Both the position numbers and the translations under genes were made by a program. Below the pieces are notes generated by a model. That model saw only the letters and a program-made list of their open reading frames with translations. It did no database searches and was not told where the DNA came from. A stretch of DNA of 64,000 bases from assembly GCF_011745625.1 (NCBI RefSeq), contig NW_027191455.1, positions 806,001-870,000 of the forward strand, read 5' to 3'. Shown piece by piece: positions 24,436 through 36,834 of the stretch. Position 1 is the first letter of the stretch. Every line of letters begins with the position of its first letter. Source of the DNA: Cladosporium halotolerans (Eukaryota).

Positions 24436-25529
24436 ATGGACAAGACGCTTCAACCCCCAGTTAACACCGCATCGCTCGGCGGCAAAGTCATGTACACCAT
24501 GGAAGAATGGGACGCCATGCACCCGATCCCAGTCCGACCTTCAGTCCCGCTCAAAGTCGCCAAGCAGCAGCAGCTGATCCGACCTCTGCCGCCCGTCCAG
24601 GTGACGGGCGAGGTCGTCGCGAAAGTGAACCACCTGTGCCAGCTGCACTCAGTCACGCCTTGCTTCACCTTCGAGGAAATCGCCAAGGGCTGTTTCACCG
24701 CGAGGGTGGAGTTCGGCGACTGCGTGTGCGAAGACGAGGGCCCCTTCCCCTCGAAGAAGCAGGCCAAAGACGCCGTCTGCCGGAGCGCCCTGGCGATCCT
24801 CGAGAAGCGCGAGCCGCCTCGCAAGGAGAAGCGTAAGACGCTCGACCGCGCGGGTGGCGAGGCGAGCTTCGGGGCGGATCTGGAGGACGAGAACTGGGTC
24901 TCGCAGCTTGTGGAATTCGCCCAGTCTCGCAGGAGCACGACGCCGTTTTTCGAGAGCTTCGAGAAGAGCATGCGCGGGCAGCAGATGTCGGGCCAGAGCA
25001 TCCATTCTAAGAGTTTTGCGTGCACTGTGCGTCTCGCTGCCGTGCCGGAACAGGTCTTCGGATCCGAAACTGCCTTCTACTCGAACAAGGCGGAAGCCAA
25101 GCGGCATGCCGCCAGAGAGGCTGTTCTATGGCTGCGTGCGAATGGCTTGCTCTCTGCGCCTGCACGGGAACACCGCAGCAAACGACGCCAATCTTCAGAT
25201 GACCAAGGCAGTGATACCTCCATGGAGATCAGGCCTGACATTTCCCCAGCAAAGCAGGTGGCCGAGTACAGCCTGCGACTTGGCTTTACGCAGCCGCGCT
25301 TCGAGATGAAGCCATGCGCGCAATCAGACGGTGGCCTCCCCGGGCCTGGTTTCTACAACGCAGCTGCGTTCTACATCGAACGTGACGTCCAAAGGGAACC
25401 TCGTCTGCAGGGGCCGTTGTTCCAGCACCAGCGGTCTTTGGGCAGAAGAGCGCGAAGGAGATGTGCTGCAGAGATCTGATCAGCTTGCTCGAGCGGATGC
25501 TGAAGGAGCGTATGAATGTGCTGGAGTGA
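24436..25529 (+). CDS. Protein with three dsRNA-binding-like domains; apparent 1-nt frameshift near 25425
   Basis: GPFPSKKQAKDAVCRSAL and YSNKAEAKRHAAREAV are dsRBD helix-2 motifs. The third such helix (VFGQKSAKEMCCRDLISLLERM) is in the -1 frame and ends at TGA 25527-25529. Confidence 0.7.
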
Positions 25530-26990
25530 GAGGATGACGGAATGCGATGTAATCGTTCGGCAGCATGGTAACAGGCTTAGTGTGACCAAAAGGCATGCAT
25601 GCTCGTACTCATCGAGATTGGCAGACTAGGGCAGCGTCAAAGATACAGCGGGCTGTCTGCCCGCCACCGCGTATCTGATGATGCAGTTTGCTGCATTCGA
25701 GGCCTGTCCATATACATCAAGCACTCGACATTATCAAATTCCAAAATCAGACCCGAGTGCCCACCAGCACGTGCCCGAATTTCTCTTGCTTCTCGCATCA
25801 CACGCCGAGGCTTGGATCTCCTGCATACCCTTCTCAAACTGGACGGATTGCCCGGGAGGCTGCGTGCCACGAGCCCTCAGATACAGTGGATTGTCAGGTA
25901 GCACGGCAGCCTCGGATGCGCTGTTGACATGCCGGGTCAATGGCTCGGGTGGAGGTGGAGTTGGGACACGCTGGCGCTGTGAGACCAGCCTCGGTCTGCC
26001 GACCCGACACATCCCCGGCTAGACAAAAATATTATCGCCGGAGCGCTCGACTTTGCCTTCTCGGCACTTCAAGAGTGAAGCGTACAAATCCGAGCACGGT
26101 GTGCCATCTGACGTTGAGGAGGCAGGTGGAAATACGGGAATGTTATGTGCAGGGCATGACGACGAAGGCTGGAGCGTGCGGAGTGGCAGGTAATCAAAGT
26201 GCCCGACGATTTTCAGGAGCTGGCTCACCATGTGGAGCTGGCAGATCCCTGTACCCGCATTCGCGCCCCTGCCGCCCTCGCCGCCGCCGTCGATTGGTAC
26301 CTGCAGCTCGGCGGCTCAACGCCGGGCCGCTGTCGCTCGCACCGCTAAAACTGGTCGTTCCTGGTGACGACGCAGATCAACAGCTGCTGCTAACTTTGGA
26401 TCGCCTACCACGGCAAAGACGGCACGCGCAGAGCTGCTCTATGACCGGGCCCTGGCTATACTGCTGCCCGCGAGCTCGTGATGTCGACAGCTGCTCTGCA
26501 CCTTGAAGACCACGGTGGCGTCGCGGACAGTCCTACAATTACGCTTAACATCAAAGAACAACGGTAGCGCCAGTCTCCTCCAGGTCGTGCTGCGCCTCCA
26601 AAAGCTTGTCTGTGCCGCTAGATTGCTGATGCGACCGCGTGGCGCCTTTGGCACGCCTGGTCGCTGCGTGGTCCGTCCAGGGCTGCCAGTCCTCGATCGG
26701 GCAAAGGCTGCCCGCCCGCAAACCCACCGCGTTTCTAAAGTCGGAGACTTTCATGTGCGGTAGGCCAATGGGCCGGCGGGCTGCGATGGGGTCGCCGGCA
26801 GGACGTTGGCGGAGAAGAAGCTCCGTCGCACGATTGGCCTCACCCACTCCTGGTTCAAGAGGACGTTGCGCGCCTCTCAATCCGCTGGCACTTCCTTTCT
26901 TCAGCCACCTGCACCGCTACCTTTCTTACTTGCTCATTCTTGCGCTGGTATCCATTTCTTCTCAGGGTACAGCACAGCACTCCAGTCGTT

Positions 26991-28178
26991 ATGCATTTCG
27001 TTTCTTCCCTTGCTGGCTTGGCCGCCGTCTCCGGCCTCGCCCTTGCTCAGTCTCCCCCCCTCTCCGACTACTCCCCCGAGGACATCCAGTCTGGCGCCGC
27101 CTTCAAGGATGTGAGCAACACCGCCGACGGTCGCATGCGTGACAACATCAACGGCCGCAACCAGGCCTGCACCTACGACAATGCCCAGGTCCGCCAGGAG
27201 TTCAGGGCCATGCCCAAGGAGCAGCGCAAGTCCTTCACCGACGCTGTCACCTGCCTTCACCACACCCCGCCGCAGCGCATGACCGATGCTGAGCGTCCCA
27301 ACTACCCTGGTGTCTTCACCCGTTACGACGAGTTCGTCGCCACTCACATCAACTACACCACCCAGATCCACATGACCGCCGACTTCCTGGCATGGCACCG
27401 CTTCTTCATCCACGCCCTGGAGCAGGACCTGAGGAACCTCTGTGGCTACACTGGCTACATGCCCTACTGGGACTGGGCCGCTGATGCCGCCGCTCCTCAG
27501 GACAGCGAGGTCTTCAACGGCGACGAGTGGTCTATGGGTGGCAACGGAGAGTACGTTCCCAACAGGTCCAACACCTGGCTCGGAACCATGCAGATCAACC
27601 TCCCGCCCGGAACTGGTGGTGGCTGCGTCCAGAACGGCCCCTTCAACGACTTTGTCACCAACCTTGGCCCCGTCAGCTCTCCCTACGGCGACGAGAACGT
27701 CCAGGGCCACTTCGACCACAACCGCCGCTGCCTGACCCGTGACCTGAACCCCGCGATCAGCAGCCAGTACAACAGCTACAAGAACGTCACCGACCTCATC
27801 CTCGGCGAGATCTACATCGAGGACTTCCAGCAGCTCATGCAGGGCTACGGCGGCCACGACAACGCCCTTGGCGTCCACGGCGGTGGCCACTGGCTCGGCG
27901 GCGGCCCCTCCCAGCTCGAGGACTTCCACTCCAGCCCCAACGACCCGGTCTTCTTCCTCCACCACGGCATGATTGACCGCATCTGGATCATCTGGCAGAA
28001 CCTCGACATCAACGGCCGCCAGAACATCATCCACGGCACCTCCACCCTCAACAACGACCCGCCCAGCGACCCCATGCAGCTCTCCGACATGATCCCCTTC
28101 GGCTTCGTCGCCGACGACCAGGTCTTCGGCGATCTCATGGACAACTTCGGCGGCCCCTACTGCTACCGCTACGAGTAA
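26991..28178 (+). CDS. Secreted tyrosinase/type-3 di-copper oxidase
   Basis: Signal peptide MHFVSSLAGLAAVSGLALA. Copper-site motifs H..QIH...FLAWHR, PYWDW, HGGGH and PNDPVFFLHH..IDRIW. Strong codon bias. Confidence 0.92.
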   Translation: MHFVSSLAGLAAVSGLALAQSPPLSDYSPEDIQSGAAFKDVSNTADGRMRDNINGRNQACTYDNAQVRQEFRAMPKEQRKSFTDAVTCLHHTPPQRMTDAERPNYPGVFTRYDEFVATHINYTTQIHMTADFLAWHRFFIHALEQDLRNLCGYTGYMPYWDWAADAAAPQDSEVFNGDEWSMGGNGEYVPNRSNTWLGTMQINLPPGTGGGCVQNGPFNDFVTNLGPVSSPYGDENVQGHFDHNRRCLTRDLNPAISSQYNSYKNVTDLILGEIYIEDFQQLMQGYGGHDNALGVHGGGHWLGGGPSQLEDFHSSPNDPVFFLHHGMIDRIWIIWQNLDINGRQNIIHGTSTLNNDPPSDPMQLSDMIPFGFVADDQVFGDLMDNFGGPYCYRYE

Positions 28179-29190
28179 AGCCGCCGCTCGAGCGGCTAGC
28201 TGAGAAAAGTTTCGTTTCGTTTCGTACATCCCGCATCGCCCACGACGGCGCTCGTGCATTTTTCTTCTCTTTCATAGGCGAGTCGTCGCCCCGCCGCGGC
28301 GGGCCAGGGCTCGACCTCTTTACGACTACAACATTTTCACTCATTTTTTCCTTCCCCACGGTTTACAGCATAGAGGCATTTTTCCCCGTTTAGAATGTTC
28401 ACGGCCGACGAAGGGGGGGAGCGGATAGATCGCCCAGAGACGGTGCTTCCTTTTGCCGCGGGCCATCTTTGTATGTACATAGACAAGGAATTCGATGGTC
28501 AGGCATATCAAGTAATCTTAATGACACTGTTCGAAGAATCGAACTCGGTCTCTCCCGGCTTTTCTTTGCGAGTGTCTTAATCCCTAGCTGCGGACACCGC
28601 CGACGGCACCAGCTTCGCTGTTGCGCTGGCACCACATGCTCGCTTCAGATTCTCACTCCAACGCCGCCGGCCGCGCTTCACGGTACGATGTAGTCATAAC
28701 CAGGTGCATTCCGGATCTATCTAGGGTCTCGCTCCAGGCCCTGCATGCGACGTTCGAAATCGTTCGAGACAAGTCGCCCGTAGCGTGCCAACGGACTTGC
28801 GTCCGCCCTGCAGATCAGGCCGTTGGGCGTGGGCTATAAGTAGGTGCGGCGTGAGACATTTGCGCCGTGCAGGTCTCGGGGGCGGAGCGAGGAAGCCGGT
28901 GTTGACGCGGTGGCGCTCGGGGTTTGAGACATGGGTGTGGCGGAGCGGCGGCGGTGGTCTTGCATGATGGTTCTGGACGCGAGGGATGCGAGCGGAGTGC
29001 TTGTTGGGGCTTGTTTGCAGTAGGCGGCGTCGGGTATGTCGGCTGTGCCATCTGTCATGATGCTGGGGGCGGGTTGTGGGACGAGTAGGGTCTGGCTGCA
29101 GAGCGTGCGACGGTCAGAGACAGCTCGGTGCCGTGCTCCGCTGGTACGAGGGGTTTTAATGACGATCAGGAAGCCGGTGCGGAGCAGAGC

Positions 29191-30545
29191 TCACAGCCCT
29201 TCTTTCGCAAGCATGTCTAATGAACGGGGTCAGCCAAGCGCTATCATGCGTTGTGCCAGCGTAGAGTCGCACCTGTGATGTGGAGGTAGAACGCGATGGC
29301 GTTGAAAGTCCGAGGAGTGCCGGTCAACGCCCACAGGTGCCAGCGAAGGCGGTTCGTCCAATTGATCAAGTCCAGGTGGCTGACATTGTCAAGCGTGCCC
29401 TTGTACTCGCCCCACTGCGAGCTTTGGACGCTCACGAGTCCGTCGTTCGGGCCCTCGGCTCCCATCACGACCTTGTGTGACTTGCGGAAGACGGATGTCA
29501 GATGAGGGCTCAGGGCAGCTCCGTAACTGAAGTAGCGGACATCGGGGCTATCTGGTGTGCGTGGGTTGAATGATTCCTTGACCGTGCTGTCAGTGAACTG
29601 TTCACTTGTCATTCGACCGATATCGGCCTCACCTTCATATATCTGTTCGTCAGCTGCTCAAAAGCGCCAGTCTCGAATCCAAACAGATCAAGCAGACGAT
29701 ACAGCTTTGGGATATTCGTTACGCCTATTCGTTTGAAGAGATAGTCTGCGAACGCTGAACCGTGATGAGGCGTGGCTATTGTTGTCAGGGAAAGCACTTG
29801 CACGCCTTTTGGTTTGAGTTCAGATATCATGTAACGTGAATCCAGTCCACTGCAGGAAGTCAGTCTATGTTGCAATAACATCAAGCGGCGCACATCTTAC
29901 CCCTATCGACAAGTTAGCGCTCGAAAGTGGTATTGCAGCAATGTCGCCCAGTCAAAACAATATTTGCGGGATTAAGCCACCGACTGAAAACCTCAGCCAA
30001 ACAGGACGAATTGGAATGGATAGGCTTACCATGCTATGCCTATTGTGATCCGTCAGTCAAAGCGCATGAAACCAAAACAGATGTCAAGAAACGCACGCGA
30101 TGATATTAACAGCCTTGCCGGCAGCTTTCTGAGCAATGCTTTCGCCGAGCTTCTCCGCCCTCTGCTCAATCGATCCAGACGGTGGCACGGTGGCCGTGAT
30201 AACCTCAACGTCCTTCGCCGCCAAAGCTTCGGTGATCCCGCGCCAGTAGTGGATGCCAGGTAAGAGCTGCGACGGATCCAGACGCAATTCATCGAATCCC
30301 AACAAGCCATGAGCTAGAATGATCGGATTCTTGGGAGTCTGGTATTCTGAGCGTATTGCTGCGAACTCGTCCTTGATGACATTGCCAAATTCCTTCAGAC
30401 GCGGGTCGTGAACGGGTTGAAGGCGCGCGGGAGAGGAGTGAAACTGCGCGTCTCGTACGCGAAGGGTGCTCTTCAAGCTGCCAGCGATCGCACGCCGACG
30501 AAGGGCAGTCCGATGGATGAGAAGCATAGTCATGAGATCAATCAT
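29191..30545 (-). CDS. TGL2: Triacylglycerol lipase (Tgl2-like alpha/beta hydrolase); exons 30545-30097, 30039-30030, 29902-29901, 29849-29633, 29576-29273, 29216-29191
   Basis: PIILAHGLLGF, spliced AHSMGGLD nucleophile motif, TIATPHHGS, NDGLVSV, HLDLINW, DMLAKEGL*. The start ATG could instead be 30533 or 30527. Confidence 0.85.
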
Positions 30546-30944
30546 TAAGTCATGAAAGTGTTCTAGAGATGGGACGTCGACCTCCAGAAATCGAGACCTT
30601 GGGATGCACGTTCCTTCCGGAAGGAGTTAGCGCCATTTTATGACAGCATAAGTGGTCAACGCTACACATTTCCGCAAACGATGATATGAAGTGTAAGGGT
30701 GGTAGACCCGGGGGACCAGATGGAGAATCGTCAGGAAAAATTACTCAATAAGCTTAATGCGCACCCTGCAGTCTGAGTCTGCAAGCCCCCCTGGAATCGA
30801 GGGTATCGAGGTAGCTGCAGGAACGAGGCTGGATATTCAGGGAAGAGAAATGGCTGGATGTATGTATCGAATGTATACAGTTCAAAAGGTATCAACGCTT
30901 GCTTTCAATATCATCCCAGCAGTCCCTGTTGTTAAGCCTGCTTC

Positions 30945-31846
30945 TTACGCGGTGGGCTGTTCCGTCCTCGTCGGAACCTCGGGGTTGACAGTAACCACTG
31001 CCTTCAACAGGTCGTCGACAACCTTGATATCGTTAGCAACATTCCGGGAGAGACTTGCAGCACCAAGCCTCGCTCACCTTAGGTCCAGTCTTTTGGCCAA
31101 TCGACTTGATCTCCTCGAGCTGCTTCTCGGTCGCCTTCTCCGCGTCCTCCTCGGCCTTCTTGTTGCCGCTGGTTTGCTGATTGCGTTGTCAGCTCCAATG
31201 CACAGGATCGTAATCGTCCATCGACTCCACATGGACACACCTGGGACTCGAAAGACTTGAACTCAGTCTCCTTCTGTTGCCTGTAGTCCTCGATCTCCTT
31301 CTGTGCCTCAGACTTGGCGTCCTTCACCCTCTTGGTGCGGTCTGTCTCTTGTCAGAACGCAGTTCGCGCTTATATCCAAATTGACAGCGAAGCATTTAGT
31401 CGAGACGATTCGTTACGTACATTCCCTGGCTGCGATTGGGTATTAGCATCTGGCTGATGTTTGTAGATAGTCAATTGACGAGAGGCGCTGCCTCTCCAAT
31501 CTCCGCGATAGCGACATGGACGCGCGCATCCGAGTTTCAGTGTGTAGACTCACCCTTCTGGACAATCTTCTGCGCCTCGCGCTCTGCCTGTTCGCCGCCA
31601 TCAGCTCCAGTCCCAATGCCCCTGCCTCAACCATTTGACCGTATCATTCCCAGCTCTTCACCTCGAATTTGAGAAATATGATCCCGAGTCGCATGCGTAA
31701 GAGGTGTCTCATCGGTCGCCGGAGATAGGGAGATAGCTTAGGTTGAACATACATCGAGCAGTGTCTGGATACCGGCGGAGTTCTGTGCTGCCTGTGGGAT
31801 AGATTAGCAGCGGCCAGCACCGTATTGCCAAAACTTCGCATACCAT
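30945..31846 (-). CDS. VMA10: V-type ATPase subunit G; 7 exons (31846-31844, 31791-31753, 31587-31554, 31429-31421, 31341-31241, 31176-31078, 31022-30945)
   Basis: Spliced product MAAQNSAGIQTLLDAEREAQKIVQKAREYRTKRVKDAKSEAQKEIEDYR... Confidence 0.93.
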
Positions 31847-32095
31847 CTTGATTTCTGGAATTCACGATTGTCTTTGGTTCGAAGAAGGTACGATGTCTGG
31901 CAGTAGACCGGCTCGAGGACTAGGCCAAGGTGGAGCTGTTGCAGCGCCGCGACAGCCAACATCCGAGCTCATGACATCGGGCTTGCTCGCCAAAAGTCGG
32001 GAAGGTCAGGCGAGCAGCGACGAGATGCGGCTCAACTCTACGACCATTTCAAGACGTCAATAACCCAGTCGCACCGAACCATTTCACGGAGCAAC

Positions 32096-32384
32096 ATGTC
32101 TGCGACGGCAAAAGCGACGCTCGCGACTACGGTCCTGGGCACCATTGGCATCGTGTACTTCGTCCATCAACAACAGGTTGCCGACAAAGCCGTAAGTTTT
32201 ATCCTCGGACTGGCGAACGAAGCCATGTATTGATCGCAACCTACAGGCTATGCACCAGGGCGTCATTCGTGACATGGAACAACAGCGCATCAAGCGAGAA
32301 CGACAGGTTGACTTCGAAATGCAACGACAGTTGGAAGAGGAGTACCGCAAAATACAGACCGTTTCGGACAGTACAGAAAAATGA
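32096..32384 (+). CDS. PET117: Cytochrome c oxidase assembly factor Pet117; exons 32096-32191 and 32247-32384
   Basis: MSATAKATL...IVYFVHQQQVADKAAMHQGVIRDMEQQRIKRERQVDFEMQRQLEEEY. Confidence 0.9.
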
Positions 32385-32857
32385 TGATCCGCGGGATACA
32401 CTCCAAACAACGAGTTCGGATGGCTCTTGGGTTCAAGAGGATATTGGAACACCTATCGGAACCATGCGGCTCCGCAAATGAAAGCGTCAAGGAGTTGCAC
32501 CTCCCTTCTGGCATTTCGCCAACGGTGCCAGTGCCGTGAGGAGCAAGCGCAGTGATGAGGCTACGCAAGATCTGTTACCGTATGCATGTGGAGCGTCATG
32601 ACATGCACTCAAAGACACGGAGGGCATAGGACACCAGCCTGTCGCAGCTCGCTGGAAAGTGAGCCCTTGAGATGCGAAGACGTTTAGGCGTCTGAAACGA
32701 GACCGCCAGCGGCGAATGCCCGTTCACTGCCGCGAGGAAAAGAGTTGGGATACAAATGATCGCATCATCGTTGTACATTAAAGAATCTTTTCTCTGTAAG
32801 ATAGTCATACAAGCTTGCATAAACCCTCAATCGTCATGAATGCAAAAGCCGTCGAGA

Positions 32858-33297
32858 TTACTCCTGCTTGTCCGCGGCGAACTGCTTCAGCTCTTCAAGA
32901 GAGACCTTGTTCAGAGCCTTCTCATTCGTAGCGTTCAAAAAGATCTTCGGGACAATCTGGTCGCCGAGCGGGTGGTTCTTGCGGGCGTCGAAAGCCTCTC
33001 TCCATCTGAGCACGATGGTCAGCCTTTGATTCCCCAAGTACATAAATTGACCACGAAATCATACCTGCTCACGCAAAGACACCACTTGCAGCCGCCCTTC
33101 ATTCCCGGGATAGGGCGGAGATCGTTGCCCTGCTTCGCGCTGAAGTCGAGGAACTCATCCGTGACCTCGGCGGCGACGGCGTGGTTGCCAAAATCCGAGG
33201 CGGGCACTTCGCAGTAGCCATTGCGCAGGAAACCGGTCATGGGCTGCGTGCTGTGCAGGGCAAGCGGTTGCTTGAAGACGTTTAGGCTCTTGGACAT
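32858..33297 (-). CDS. DUF2237 family protein; exons 33297-33065 and 33005-32858
   Basis: LNVF..PL..HS..PMTGFLRNGYC...D.GNHAVAA.VT.EFL.FS...GNDL...WCLCVSRW pattern. Confidence 0.85.
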
Positions 33298-33743
33298 TGT
33301 GTTGGAGTTGTGGGTGTGGTGGAGGGGCTGGGCTGCTGGTTGTTGTGCTGCGAGGCGAGGGTGTAGGTGATGAAGCTGATTATGAGAGCTAGCAGAATTG
33401 TCAAGTTCATGGATGGTGTTTTGAGGAGCTAAGGAGTATGGCGAGGAAATGTCTTCTGTCAGATTGCGACGATTGCAGGTTGGTGAGCTCATCATGGTCA
33501 CTTCGTCTCATGACGCAACATCGAGCAATGGAATTGTGGGGTAATGCATGCAGTTGCTAGCAGATCAAAGGAACATTCATTGACGCTTCTATCATTGGCT
33601 GGTCAATGTTCATTGAACATGTCGTTTCCTTTCATGGACTACTAGATGGACTGGTTCGAAATATCGCTAAGTGAATGCTGAGGAGCCAATCAAATCGTTT
33701 ACATAACCTGCCATCCAACGATTTTCGATCAATCCCGTAATCA

Positions 33744-35529
33744 TCACAGCCCTTCTGAAGGCGGCGGACCATGATAAGCTGTCAAGCAGTCAGCAATCTG
33801 CAACAGTAGCCAGACTCAGTAATAAAACAACTCACACTTCCTCGAATGAACTCCATACCAAACAGCAGCAATCGCCCCAAACCCAACCAGCACCACGCTC
33901 GCATAATTCATACTCACAGCCGTCACCGGCAACGCCGTCGGCATGCTGAACAGCACAAGCTCAAACGCAATCCACACCAAAGCGATGACGTTGACGATCG
34001 GTCCGATAATGTTGCCCAGATTCCACCGGGCCTTCAGGACTTGCTCACGCTTGGTGAGCAGGCTGACGGCGATGGGGACGCTGTAGGCGAGCGCGAGGGC
34101 TTGCACGCCGACGGAGACGAAGGCTGTGAAAGCGCTGGTGCTGCCGAGGTTGATGAGGCCGAGGAGCATTTGAACGATGGTGACGAGGATGAGGGCGTTC
34201 ACTGGCACTCCGAGGGTTGGGTGGACTTGGGCCCTATGACAGTAGGTTAGCTTTGATCAAAGCCATGGAGAAAGAGATTAGGTGCAAGTAAGAACGAACT
34301 GCGATCGTGTTAGTTGGGAGTGTTACACGTCGTGGTTAGATGAACGAACCCATAGTTTCGCGCCGGGAATAGCGTTGTCTCTAGCCATCGCCCACGTGCA
34401 ACGGGACGCAGCATTGGTGATGGAAATGCTGCAGCCGAGCGTGATAACGAGCACCAAGAAGATAAGGCCTAGCCCACCTCCAGGCGAACCCATGACCCTG
34501 TGGAATATGTACGGCAGAGCTTGCGCAGCAGGCGCGCCGATCACATCTTCCAAGGGAGGCATAGTCACACAGATCGGGATGATGAAGAAAAGACCCGCTA
34601 TACCTCCGACGGGCACGCACAGGCTGATGGCGTTGGGGACCTTGACTGGCGCATCGTGGCATTCCTCAGCCATGCTGGCGATCATCCCTATGGCCGAGAA
34701 GCAGTACGCTACGGGCAGCAGGCCTATGAAGAAGGTGAAGCCACCCCAGCCGGAGAAAGACTTGTCGTAGTTGCCGAGAGCGAAGCTTGCGGGGTGGCGG
34801 CCGGTATCTGCGACGACGGATAAGGCGATCATGATAATGATGATCGATAGCGCTGTCCATGCTGCTGTTGCAGTATCGACCATGGGCAGCCACTTGTTGC
34901 CGAACGCGCAGATTACAAACGCGCAGATGCAGATGGCGTAGAAGATCAAGAGTAGCTGCCATGCCGAGAGTGTAAAGTCGGGATGATACATGGATACAGT
35001 GCCCGAGAGCAGACTGGCGAAGCCAAAATTGACGGAAAGCGTGATGGTCCAGTTGCCGATAAGCCATACCCATCCTGTAATGTATGCGAGGGTGATCTTG
35101 CCCTTGGGTGCGAGTTCTGGATGGCATGGAGGGTCAGCTGGTCACTGCTGATGTAAGTTGAGTTGCATCGCTGTGAGACGTACGAAAGACCCAATAGCTT
35201 GGCCCTCCAGAGGTCGGATATCGCGACGCGAACTCGCTCAAAGAGAGAGCAATGCATTCATCCAGTATCAAAACGACGATCCAACCCAGGAAGATGGATA
35301 GTTGACCGCCGCCATAGATGGCCGACATTAGAGGGCCGCCCTCACCATACGGAATAGCGGCGATTGCGAGTGACTGGAAGAGCAGCGTCCATAGACTGCG
35401 ATTGCGAGTAAGCTCCTGCTTGTATCCCAAGACCTCGAGCTGACCCTCCTGGACGCTATTGTTGCGGGCTGGGCTGGTCTCTCTGAGCTTCTCGTGAATT
35501 ACTTTAGAGTCGTCGCCTGCTGATGCCAT
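33744..35529 (-). CDS. APC-family amino acid/choline/GABA permease; exons 35529-35184, 35116-34351, 34233-33836, 33778-33744
   Basis: LGYKQEL.R, EFASRYPTSGG, HMAEE-like SMAEE, SRCTWAMARD and SMNYA motifs; multiple TM helices. Confidence 0.9.
34234..34350 (-). other. Spliceosomal twin intron (stwintron), [D1,2] or alternatively [A2,3]
   Basis: Minus strand reads TG|G-GTTCGT..ACTAAC..CAG-TTCGTT..GCTAAC..TAG|GGCC. Only two-step excision keeps the frame (KLWAQVHP). Confidence 0.8.
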
Positions 35530-36834
35530 GTTGGATCGGTCCTATGATAGCGAGAATATCGATGCGCGATGCAAGCTTAGCTCACCAGCGGGAAATGGAG
35601 AACGAAATATGAAAGGCGAGTGCAGGCAGCGTACAACGAGCATGTACTTCTGGCAGCTCAGCTCACCTGACGTCTCGTGTCTTTATCTACACATCAGGAT
35701 TGCAATGGGGAGACAGCGTGATCCCATCGCCATGCCCACCGAACTGCCCGCTCTGGCGTGCTCCTGATACGCTTCTCCGTAGCCATGGCCACTCGACATG
35801 CCTGGCCGGGCACCTGTGATACGCGGCCCGTCGTTGGCCGCTGTCCCGCGGCCACATGTCGCATAGCGATGCTGCATATGGAACTCGGGAACACCACGGT
35901 AGAGATAAGAGGTCGAAGCCTTGTATCGTCGTTGGCAAAGGATGCGCGGGGGCGGGTCTAGCTTGCCTGCATAGGTCTAGTGCGGATTGAAAGGCGGACC
36001 CTCTGTGGTGCGGAGGAGTGAGGAGCATGGTCAGCGCACCAAGGCTCTACATCACACTGTTGTATAGCGTGAAGAGACCATTGTCCAAGTGAGCATAGTA
36101 CTTGACGTTCATGATGTGACTTTGTAGTATGCTTCTGCACATAGGATAAAGTCGTCTTCTCCCTGGAGAGAAATATCGACGAAGTACTACCCTCTGCTCT
36201 GGACTGTTCAGAGCAAATCTCAACTCGGAGAGTCTAAACGATAGATGGAAATGCTGATGAGACGATACACACTGTGAACCTGAATCCCTTCAGATACAGT
36301 ATCCAGGTCTATGGAACAGCGTGGGGCATCTGTATATGACATAGAGACTGGCCCAGAAACCTTCCAAATTGGGCAACTCTGAAGACCAACCCCCTGCAAC
36401 GGTTCAAAGCGACACGCGAGCGATACCTGCATGCTTATACAACGATGCCATCTAGAAAACACCAATCAGAACCCGTCTCTAGGAACCGAAACGGTAGCTC
36501 CATGCGATGCTGAGCAGAGCCCGAGATACGCCAAAATGGTGAAACGCTTGCCGGTTCGCTCCTTTCCTTTGGAAGATGTCAAAACAAGTAGTGTCGTAGG
36601 CGCGGCTGCTGGAGAATGCACGCGGGAGCATGGCTGGCCCTACTGGGAAGTGCCGATGCCATACGCTGCCGGCAGCGCTACTGACAATATGCATCAAGAG
36701 AAGCCTCTCCGCGACAATTCATGCTGCACAGTAGCTTCGTGGCAATCGAGGGGCCTCTTCAAACCCATCCTTTTTACTGCCTGGTGGCCTTGATCGGGTC
36801 GTACGTTGGTGAATGGCGTCTCGCCGATCTTCTT

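Noticed and set aside
26934..28259. 441-aa antisense ORF over the tyrosinase (likewise 2191-3396, 42533-43507, 50447-51655, 58821-59690, 62193-63026)
   Set aside because: Shadow ORFs caused by strong GC3 codon bias of the sense genes.
29903..30030. Stwintron interpretation of lipase intron 2
   Set aside because: A [D1,2] excision would frameshift the HSMGG motif; the 2-nt exon model keeps the frame.
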